From assembly GCA_976226885.1 (NCBI GenBank), contig OZ320316.1, forward strand, positions 71,548,001-71,612,000: a stretch of DNA of 64,000 nucleotides, written 5' to 3'. The first letter of the stretch is position 1. Each line of letters opens with the position of its first letter. The DNA comes from Iphione sp. A-MEVVRFRX5. Lineage: Eukaryota. Below, in pieces: positions 34,801 to 46,140 of the stretch. Under the pieces are notes generated by a model. That model was not told the DNA's origin, searched no databases, and saw only the letters and a list, made by a program, of their open reading frames with translations. A program made the position numbers and the translations under genes.

Positions 34801-37800
34801 TTTTACTGCAGGTAGGTCCTGGAGACTGGAAACTAAGACTTACCTACTGTTAAACATTTCTACATGTCAACTAATACATAAACTACATACAACTCTTTGT
34901 CAATGAAAATACCAATAAGCCTCTATATACATGTAAAAGATGCATCATTTGATCAAGTTCATTATCGGGGCGGGGTTATTAAAATGAGGCAATTTCTTTT
35001 CACTAACCTAATTTACTGCAAGTTTTAAAAATTGCGAACTGGTCTATTCGACATACTGCATGGCTAGATTTTATTGTCAGTCGCCAGCATACGACGTGTG
35101 AGATACATAGGTATATTTCTATGTGCTCCCTTAGTGGGAAGTCTGCTTCACGCGAAGAGATAACGGCAAGTGGCATAGAGCAATTCCCCAATGTGTCACA
35201 ATCTAATTAGGCACTCGACCCTATAGTAAGCTTATATCTTGATCATGGTCTCGGTGAAAACTAATTTCCCCAACATAGCTGTGTTGAACTTCGACTTTAA
35301 TATTCTCGACCATCTTGAATTTTACCCTCAACACCATTCAAAAAGGGGACAGCAATGATGGAGGTTATTTCTTCAATCAGAATGTTTGCGCTTTTTTCAT
35401 AGTAAAGTCCTAGCTGTAAACGAAAACAGTGCTAACTACATCAGCCTTTCGCTAGCTGTGATTTGTCTTCCGAAGTCTGGTTGTGCCCAGCGGGGAAGCA
35501 TTGAATTAGTCTGAGGCAGAGGGAACACTAAAAGCCTTGTGCATACATTATGCCATATGTCATGGTTTCTCTTGAAACCGGCCTGGGCGGAGGGCCAGAA
35601 TCAGCATTGGTAAGTTGAGTAACAGCTTATTGCAACGAATAATGCAATCAGTAATAGTAAGGACGTTACATAACGTCTGATGGCGCGTGGCTGTTGCAGC
35701 AGTGGGTGTACTCTTTCTGGAGGACAGATGCGACTAACTTTGCGCACCCAAGTGGATTATGGAGCCACCCGGCATGAAATAACCCCTCGAGGGGGAGGCG
35801 CTACCGTCTGCCGATTGGTCAATACGGGCCACGTGACCTCACTCCCACCTGACCACGCCCCTTTCGTATGCCCACCTGCGTGCGCCCGCAGTGAAAGGGT
35901 CACGTCGTCGATAGGAGGCCTTTGGAAAGATATACAAAGGAATGTCGATAGAATGGATTCGGTCCGGAAAGTCATCTTCCCGAACCATTGTCACTGGCGG
36001 CCTGGACCAAAACACTGGCAAGTCTAAGCTGAGAGGGAGTAAAGGTGTTTTCTCATTTGCTAGGCTAACAGCTGGGATCCAGTATGTCAATAAGTGACAG
36101 GTGGTTCCTATTAAAATATGCTAAATATTTCTATTAACCACCTTGTGGATATTTTAATCATGCAGAATTCCAAAGCACAAATAATGTACCCGACTGGTCA
36201 AGGTACGACTCAATAGGAACGTAAGACACCCGTACAACGGTTACGTGTAATTTAACATCAAGTTGTCGTGACCTGAAATTAGAAGCTACTAATATTTCCA
36301 ACCTTTTTCACATTGTCTAATCATTTGGAGAAAAAATATGGTGGACTCATGCCAAATGTATATACACACGTTTGGCATAACCGATTATTTTCTTATGAGT
36401 CATGTGCAAGATTCCCAGTGCCAATTGCGGAACACCGTTGGCTTCAAGCAGGAAGCATCACATAGGCGTGTCACTCTGTGTCACGTGCCAAACTGCCGGT
36501 TCCCGTTGTGTGAGCGTGGCGAAGAGCTCGTTATACGAAGATTGATCCTTCTGCAGGCGGGGGGCATTCTGCTAATGGTCTCTGGGGATAAGCGAAGAGG
36601 TGTGTGGTAGAATGGGGGAGGTGTATGGTAGACGGGGAAGTCCACTTGGGCGGAAGTGAGGGATGCGGGAAAGGATCTGTGGGCGGACGATTTCCTGTAA
36701 GTGTAGACAGTTAGCATGTGGCTGTCCGCACAGAGGCAGGAGCCGACCCTCGCCTGTGAAAGAAGCTTGACGCCTTCCGACTACTAGGTTCTACATAAAG
36801 AAATAACATCTAGCAGCGCACTGATAGTGTATGTGTATCAAAATCCGCCGGCATACGTATCGTGCACTATTTCTTTTTGTCATGAAACCTTCATTGTTGA
36901 AGAGAGCGTATGAGTACTGTGGGGACAATAAAATGGTTTAGCATTGAGAACTGTAAAGGGTACGACTTCTTTAGCGCTGCATTATTTTATTGGATTGTTT
37001 TCATGCAAAGCAAGCTTTCACAGCTTTCCTCTCGCAGTGAAAGGAGGAGCCAATGGATGTGAATACAGTCGGTGTGGCAAAAAGAGCAGGATCATTGATA
37101 TCTCTTTGTACTGTTGAGGTAACACTATCAAATAAACACGTTCTATCAAGGCTACCATATCCTTGAGACTTTTCAAAATATCTGTAAAGCAGTTTGTTAT
37201 TGGGTATAGGGATACAAGGCCATAATGTAGCAGTGAATATGATGTATAGTTCATCCTGCCTTGAGTCTGACTGCTGGCAGGTCTCACGGTCGCAGGGTCG
37301 GGCGCTGTGACCAAGGCCCCAGGGCTTCTCTTTACTGGAGGTTCGGTCGGTGTTCGGCCTCGCGGGAAGACTGAGCTTGGATGTACGATTACGTGGTACA
37401 GTGAGAAGGGGGCACAGATCCAAGCGCGTCCGTCAAATGGCAATCAACGATCAATGAGCCAGCCGGCGCCGACAGCTTCGATCCTCTCATATTCACGCTC
37501 GGTTCTGTGTGTAGGCGCCATCAAATATTAAAGGCATTATTAGATGGTACCAATTTGAAAAACAAAATGTTCCCACTATGGATGCAGCCCTTGATACAGC
37601 GCATAAATTTCACGGAGGTAGTGCTGTCTCTAATCTAGTTTACTAACAAGAGAATCTTCTGGAAGAGAATAGCAGTATGTCATATAGAAAGCAAGCATGG
37701 AGATTTCATCTTTGAGGCCATTTCCTATTCATCCTGGTAGGAACACATGTGACGCTATAAACTAGTTAAACCATAAGGAAACCCTGGACCCTATTAATTC

Positions 37801-40800
37801 AGCTGTTCAACATCCAGAGTAAACATTGCACTGATTACCTCAAGAGCTGCTCTTGACTTGTCCCTTCGAACAGCTCTCGAGGTTGTCCGATTGTCTTACC
37901 GACGCGTGCGGTGATTAAACATTAACCTGGCAGGTGATCTGAGGCTGCTGAACTGATTGGCAGGTGTTTGCTCAACTTGATTGTTCGCCGTGGGTTGCAA
38001 ACACTTGCTGTTCTATACCTATCGCGACACGTGCGCTGTGTAGCCGGCAACGTGACACCAACTCAAATTGCTCAAAACTCATCGATTTGAGGTCCGTCTG
38101 TGATCAGCACTATCACCCCAGCACACATCATCGACGTATGGTTGATGTCATTATTGACTAAGGAGCTCCTTCATTATTCTCAGTATGGATGAGAAAGAGA
38201 AGAGCCACCTGGTATGATCCATCAGCTTTTATATTAGAACAGAACCATTCCTTTACAATAGACGCAGCAGGTATGCATAGAACACTTTGAGTGAGAGCGT
38301 ATGAATTCTCCGTCTTAACGCTATGGAAGCGTAGATTTTTTAAAATCACAAAGCGTGCAAAGACATGATTCAGACACATTTAAAGTATCACCGTATTAAG
38401 TCTGTCTTATAAAGGCCAGCACTAGAGGGTACTAACAAGGCTAGGAAAATGGTCTAAACTGGTTAAGGATTACTCTCTCTGTCCTGTAATTACAGGTGTG
38501 CATATGCCTCTAGTCTAGCCACGTTGGGTGTCCGGTCGGTCTCGCGGCTTCGATTACCGCGTCCACAAGTGATCCACACCGGCTAGAGGTGTAGAAGGCG
38601 GTCGCACTGAAGGAGAAACGTCTAGGATCGAACTGGTCTTGACATTTCACCTAGTGGTCAAGAAGGCCGTCTCCCTGCGAACTTAACCTTCACGATAACC
38701 TTACTAATGGTCACGAGTACCCTTTAGACAAAATATAGTTCTGAGTACAGATGTCATCGAGTGTGTTTCGAAACATGTTGATAACGTGTGATTTAGCCGA
38801 AACATTCTTGCCAAAATGCCAAAATTTAATTCTACCAGGCTCTTTAATATACGTACCTTTCATTTACAATAGTAGGTACATAAATATTATGTGTATATGC
38901 TGCAATGAGCGCCCATTTTAACCTTCAAATGTACTTTTTCGTCCTGAATTATCACCAGAGTCATGTTGATGCGAGTGTGAGCGTCAGCAAATAGATTGGT
39001 GCTACAAACTGAGCCGACAAAACCCAGTCGACACCGGAAGAAGAAGCGGATCAGGTAATTAAGGACGTCCGTGTTACCCTCTCCAAAGGATGCGTGCTAC
39101 TTCCGAATCAATTTTGCTCACCGCGAGACTTTCAATCTGTCGCCGGTGTTGGAAATCACACCAGGACGGAGCGAGCTGTTGCGAGTTGCTCGTTCCAGCT
39201 TGCCGGAGAAGCTCACGTGTGAACAGATGCAGCAATGTTGGCAAATTAAAAAGGGTCATGGCATGTGTTCCTGTCTTAACTCCCTGACATATGTTGCCTG
39301 GATATGAGAGCCGTCATATTTAAGTTTTCTTCATTATTTTACTTCTGGCGTGATGGTCTCATTTGTACCTCTGCTTGTTCTGGGGCGATAGAATTTATCC
39401 ATCTGGCGTGTTGTGCAGCATAAAGGGAGTAGGACTAATGAACATTCTTGGATTCGTGATGCTGAAATGCTTATATGCGATAAGCCTGAAATTCAAAAGC
39501 ATAAATATGATTTATAATAATTTGTAGTGGGGTTTTGAACGTGGTACAAAATCAGTTGTGATCGTGTGATTGAAATTATTCCTAAATCACCAGTAGGCCT
39601 TATCAAATTGCTTCTATTAAAATCGACTAAATTGCCATGGCCCAATCGATTTAGGTTCCTTGCGGATTCAGTCATGGTCTGTAGTTGTGTGTTATATCCT
39701 TATAAGATATTACTCACTTGCATATGTGCAGGCAGCAAACATGTGATACGGCAGTATTGTGTAATATAGGAATAGTTCAGGCTAACGTTTTGTCACGCCG
39801 ATGCACGAGAAATATGATACCAGACTGAAACTTCTAATCAAATAACTCAAGTTTTAAATTTAAACATTGGATCCATATCATACACAGATAATTTGTTATT
39901 ATGGAGCAAGACCCAGAAGCTTAGATTAGCTTTTGTCTGGCCTATAACGAATGACATTGTATTCTGAGGACGGCAGGTAATTTCCTGGCTGTTTTATGTG
40001 TTTTGGTGTGTGGTCGGTGGGTGTGTCGCGACCACTGACAGTCAGCACTGCAGTCCGCCCTCCTCTTCGGAGCCTCTCCTGGGGACCTGCAGTGCTGCTT
40101 ATCTTGCCTTTGCAGACTGATCCCGCCAACCTCCAGGTCACCAGGCACCCCTACCACTCCACAGTCAACCTTCCTCCCAGCCTTTCCTGTCGTTGCCACG
40201 GAGAGGTGGTCGCACTGGAGTGATCCATCATACGTCCATCCGGGTACCCACCCCAGCCCAATGATAACTACCTCTATTATCGCCCTTCACCACCCTTTGA
40301 TTCCAAAATGGACTTACTCGTATCGAGTCTTCACCCTCCCACATCTCCGCGTCAATACTCAATATACAAAAATGTTATAAGAGACTCTGCTCTCCTAAAA
40401 AGGTAGCGATCGATTATTGATTGCGCGCCTGTATGGAAATGTGAATAATCTGAAGCTAAAAATGTAGAAATCTGTCTCTGCAAGACAATTGCATACATGT
40501 ATATCGTTTCATCAGTGGCAAATAACGCAACCAACCCGGACAATTGTGGCCCCTCGATAGGAACTTTGGGATTTCTCTTGGAATCGATTTCACCACCATT
40601 TCCTACGCGATGCAGTAGTAATTAGTCTAAAAGTACCTTGTTTAGCAGAGCGAGTTTACGCGGAATGACAGATCTAACGACTGGCTCGCCCCGTTCTGGG
40701 CGGAAGCAACCTATATAGACCAAATGTAGGAGCTGCTCTAGATTGAGCTTATAGTGAGCACGTCCAGAGTGTCAAGTTTCATATAGGAGGGTTTCACGGG

Positions 40801-42379
40801 TCCCTAGGGACAAACGAGTCCGTTACGGCTTTTAATCACATGCCGCCTGCTTGTTACTGATAATCGGAATTCCCGAAGTGTCCCGGTGAAGCGGGCTAAA
40901 ATGCATTTTGTTGCCGCTGACAGGGCCGTTCCCCACGAGGCGGGGCCTTATCTGTCGGACTGAGAGCTTCCCTGCCCGGGGTGCTGGCAAAGTGCGACTG
41001 GGCGACGACGGAAGCCCAGATCGTGCTCGACCCCCTTGTCTTTGTCCCTCCATTCCCTCCCGTTCGCTTCGCCAAATGCTTTGTGCCGATAACACAACAC
41101 GTGCAATCACGTCACACTCTCGTCGGCGGCTTTTATGTTGCGATGAAGTCGATGGTAGAGAAGACGCTATTCTGAAGAGCTTTTGGCAATGGCAGCGTCT
41201 TTCTAGCAAGCCCTGGACTCTCGACGACTACCAGCAATTATGTCGGTGTGCATTTTGTGTTGCACCGAAGGCTCTCGGCCCAGACGTCAACATTGATGGT
41301 ATTACAGTCAAATGATAATAAAAATGGTCAAAACAAGCACATGTAAAGGCACATGTATTCGAAAATATACACTGTATTTGTTCGTGCTTCTGTTCCATGC
41401 TACATGAACATTGTACGTTAATATACATGTATACATTTTACTTCGTGTATAATGCTGGCCTTTCATCCGGAACAAAGTACCATGAATATACCGAACTCCA
41501 CATGATAGTCTTTGTTCTAGTTCCTGATGGATTTTTTTTCGTATATCCGGTTCCGCTTTGCCTCCTGTGCAGGCGATCGTTTACGCACGAAACCGCCCTT
41601 TTGTGACAGGTATTTGATATGCTCTTAAAGTGATCTTGACGAAAGCCATACATGAATACATTCCAGTGTTGCAGTTGGCTTTTGGTTGTACAATATGTGG
41701 TTTTTGTGGGTTTTAAGACCTTGCTCCTAACTAACCATGTGGATAGTCATTAAACATTTTTTGAATTTGTTAGACCGGCATGTTATGGCAATTAGTCTGT
41801 AGGCCAGCCCAAGTTTTACATGTGCCTATCTTACCCGATAGACAGGTGATGCTGACGCATAGTTTATGGGGATAGACAATTGTCTTTCACTTTCGTCCGT
41901 CATTTGTATTGAAAACTTTGCGCACGGTGATTTATACTGTATCAGATGTTCAATATCTGAGACATCACTGATACCTTCAAGTAAAATATTAATCTGAGGC
42001 AAACGTCACATCGATCGAGGCATCTGTTGACAACAGACGCTGACATTGATGTGCAATATGGAAAACCAGCCCTGATAATAGTCTATTCGTCTTTTGATAT
42101 TGCCTCTTGTAGCTGTTTTGAAATCTACGTCCACTTTCTTTGAAATGCAAGAGCAGTATATTAAAAATAATTTTCAGGCTCAGTGCAAGTTTCGTCTGAT
42201 TTTGTGTTCCGAGGAGACAAATTCAGTATGCAGAAGCCTTATGGTCTGTCTACAGTCCATTCCAGGTGAATACCCTTCTGCCAGACGACGCTGACATCGA
42301 GATACTTTCTCTGAGAATCCCCGGGACGACGGCGTAGATTTACATTTCATTGGATACTATGTATGGTCACATGGGCGCC

Positions 42380-43061
42380 AGGGGCGTGGCCAGCATGCTC
42401 TCTGACATGTATTATCTGTCCTCTCCGCTGCGCTCACACTGCCTTGCCGGCGGGAGCCAGTCATGCGCAAAGCGATAAACGTAGCTCGTCAGTGATAAAT
42501 GAAGCTTCGGCCTGGTAGCTGCAGCCAAAATGGCGCCCAGCCTCAAGACGACAGCCTGTGAGCGGCGGGGCCAAGCCGCTCCTTGCGGCGGCAAGCGGCG
42601 TCCGAGCTGGTCGGACGTATCCATGCCGGCAAGGCATCACTTCCGGCGTCTTCCCGACCCAATCGAGCCCGCCGAACGGGAACGGGACAGATAAATAAGA
42701 GCGGCCGGCCGGTAGAGGGCGTCCTCGGCCAAAATGAATGAGGCTCCGCAAGCGTCGTTTCTTGTGAACCGGAAAACAGATGGCCATATCCGTCCGTGCA
42801 TGTAAGCACGGGGAGGGCGCAAATGGTGGCGGCCGCAGTCCAATTGGATGAGGCTGGTGGCCGCCTCGGCCTATTATTGCTAATCAATGGTGGGAGCAGA
42901 CAGGCAAGGGCCCCGGCAGGTCGGGCTGGGCACAACACAGACCGCCAGCGTCCGCTACTGTCGAGTGATTTTCAATACTCGGCAAGAGGTACAGAGGATG
43001 AGCCCTTTTAATGACTGTAGAAGGCCCCGTTGGCTGATCTATTTTAGATAAAGCTCGCTAG
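42380..43061. promoter_or_regulatory. Intronic CpG island with promoter-type motifs
   Basis: GGGCGTGGCC (SP/KLF, 42382), CAAAATGGCG (YY1, 42526), ACTTCCGG (ETS, 42639), CCAAT (42659, 42840), about 8 CpG per 60 nt, and a splice donor AG|GTAAGC at 43062. Confidence 0.45.
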
Positions 43062-46000
43062 GTAAGCCTGGTCTTGCTGACAGGCAACTGATAGCGCAAA
43101 TCTGCGTGTCACTGGACTCTGCAAGGGTATCAACCTTCCTCTAGCTTCTGGGGGTCGATGCGGACAGAGACCTTGCTCTACCAGTCCTGTCCGCAAGGGA
43201 TGATGACAGGTGGAACTATTCTAACTAGAAGCCAGATAATGCACTGTGCATTGCACTTTGAAATCCACATCTATGATGTAGTGAAACTTGTCTGAAATTA
43301 AAATCTATATAAATATATGTCATGCTCGTCATTATATCAAAGAGTACGATAAAACTTCCCATTCAGAAAACATCAAATTGATATTTTGGCGATGTCTATT
43401 TCATCAAAACTGTCCCCTCACATGTGATATATATAAGTAAATATATATCTTTACTCATATTTGCGGCATTTGTATGACTTTGCCACTGATTTCAATATTA
43501 GATACGCTCCATATAGATGTATCAGCTTCTGCCGGAATACATTTTTTGTTTGAGAGCATTGTAATATTTTGAAGAGCACTTCCTTTGTACTCCCCTGCTG
43601 TCGGTATGATCCGGAAATAAATTGACATGTGTTAGCAGAGTCCTTATGTTAGGTGCCCGCCTGACCCAGCCCTAACCGAACCAGTCCTGCTGAGGTCCCT
43701 CCATGCCCATCCTTGATTACCCCTGGGTCTCCTATCCACTATAATACGATCCAACAAGGGAAAAACCAGCAGCTACCGTAACTACAATCCCTATACATGG
43801 TCGATCCCATGCCTGCGAGGCAGCAGTGAAGCAAGGTTGGGTATAATCGCCAGGGACTGCAGTAGGCGGGCTAGTAGACAGGCATTTGCGTTGGTGTGAC
43901 CAGGATGAGGGGGGGTCTTTTTTCGCGGACGTTCTGATGGCGACACGAACACCCCAGAGGAGTTTCGGATTTTGGGATCCAACGACATCCCTGGGTGTTT
44001 TAGTGGTCCCCCGGTGCGGCCCGGCGCCTCCCTCTGTGGTGTCATTGCGCAGCTGGAGGGGCCATCCAGGGGGCGCCGCGTCCACCAGAAGTCGCCAGCG
44101 GCACTCATTCAGCGTGCCAACATTTCATGACTTTTGCTTGACGCAGTGAGTAGTGACAATACACGAGAGGGGCGCTGAGACTGCTGTGAGTACATAGACA
44201 TCTCCGCCTACGAGTAACTATCATTTACCCTTAGACCAGTACTTCTCTATAGTTTTTCAACTGATTTTAAATACACATATAAATGGATTTTATACACACG
44301 TACGCATTTCCAGTTTGTTCATAAGATTGTTGTGCTAGTTACTGGGTTAATCGATTGGCACGGCAACCAGCCGTTGGGGTCATGAGGCCGGGTTAGGCTG
44401 GAATACCGATTGGAGCTGTCAACCTTGCTCCATGAGTGGCCATAGGATTGCGAAGTGAATGGTTGGAAGTAAATAAGAATAATCCTCTTTCGGTTGTATA
44501 GGAAAGAGTAATGTCCATTACTTTTTCTCGTGGACAGCAAGGACAGACAAGATGTTTACAGGAAAATAACAAGTCGGTGATCATGAAAACAAAAGAGTGA
44601 GGCAGATTGACACAATTCATGGGATCAGCATCCTTTCAGGGTAAAGATACTTCAAACACTGTCCAATCCATAACGCACTGGAGCATATGGAGGAAGGGCC
44701 CGTAGGCATTGACTTTCCCGGACCGGTAATCCATTTATCCGGCGGTGACAGGCTCGGCATGTGCTATTTGTTTGGCCGGGGCATTAGTCTTTTCGCCGGG
44801 GTTCAAGCGATCAGCTCCTGGATCTAGCAGTTAGATGGCATCCCCTACCTCAGCACAAGCATGCCTGGCTTCTGTTACCTCTAAGTGATATTGCCTGGTG
44901 GGTACCTTCTCGTACCGCATGGTCGCCCCTTCTGCTCCAAGTAATCACCAGATATCCCGATGTGCATCCATGAAATCATTCAGTTCTATCGAGAAAAAAA
45001 TACTGGCGATCAAACTGCGGTGGCTTCTTAACAAATACACAATAACGCAAAATGCCAGTTATGGCTCTTAAAGGAACACTGTCGTCACATTCCCCTCCTC
45101 CCATTCCCCCTCCCTCTTCCGCCTTTCCTGTCAAAATGGCTCAAAGGCGTCCCTTCTAGAGGAGGTCAATTGGTGAGGATTCCTAGAATGAGTTGTAAAT
45201 TCATCGACCACCGAGTACAAAGGCGACCGACAAGCGGCTCGTAATTACATTGCATTGTTTCGCAGGCCATTCTCGAGGCGTTTTATACGATTGGCCGATT
45301 GACCAGCAGCATCAGGCGGCCTCACGGGGAGCACCGGGAAGGGATGACTGTCAGCCCAGCACGGTGGAGTAGACTGGCGGAGAAATGCTCGTTGGACGCC
45401 GTGCCCTCACGGGTTTGCGCCAAGCCCACTCGGCGTGGCCAGAGCTTGCTGGTAGGTTAATGTCCTTGGCCCGCCGATCCAATTTACCCGTCCTGTTCGA
45501 GTGGAATGGAGGATTTGCGCAACGCCAGTCACTTGATTCCTCGGCAGGCTGGTATAACCGACGAGGGCCCTGGGTGCAGGCAGTGTGGAAGCCGGTATGA
45601 TGATGATAACCTCGCTGGAGACGTGCGGAGCGAGCAGACAGAATTCCATGGAGTAGGCCTTTAAAAATAAGATAAGGAGCTAGAGCTTCATGACACTCAC
45701 TCCAAATCTAAGGCCGCTTGTTTTGTAGTCTGCGTTTATGAAGGCATAACTTCTTATCTTTTATTACAATATCATATTATATGTACTTAGAAATATATTT
45801 TCATTATCAAATTTTTAAACTATAACAGATGGACGTAATTCCTCACATGTGTCTATGCCCGGAGCCGATGAAAATGATGAATGCCACTCCCTATTTGACT
45901 CTGCAGATAAATCGATTGAAACCATCCTAAATTATCCCAGTTACCTCGCAAAGGAACTGTTACAGACATAGCCAGTACCCGTCCTACCTTCTTTCTCTCG

Positions 46001-46100
46001 AAGCATTCCCACTTTTGAAAATGAGTTTTTCCGTTGTCTAAGTAAGGTTTATTTATTCCCCTGTTGGCTACTCCTATCGGTCAGTTTGATAAGAGACGAA

Positions 46101-46140
46101 TATATATACATGTACATATAGTATATATATATATATATAT
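46101..46140. repeat. Interrupted (TA)n microsatellite
   Basis: Read directly from the sequence. Confidence 0.9.

Noticed and set aside
42007-42053. Imperfect 22-bp hairpin
   Set aside because: Only 47 nt with a 3-nt loop and several mismatches; too short for a pre-miRNA and plausible by chance.
43141-43210. FWG codons (ttctgggggtcg) as possible CARP exon 3
   Set aside because: No upstream G-P, no acceptor, and the following residues do not match LxNPxWxLC. The same applies to the FWG words at 39380 and 30628.
44062-44078. CTCF-like CCATCCAGGGGGCGCC
   Set aside because: Mismatches in the 5' core and no supporting context.
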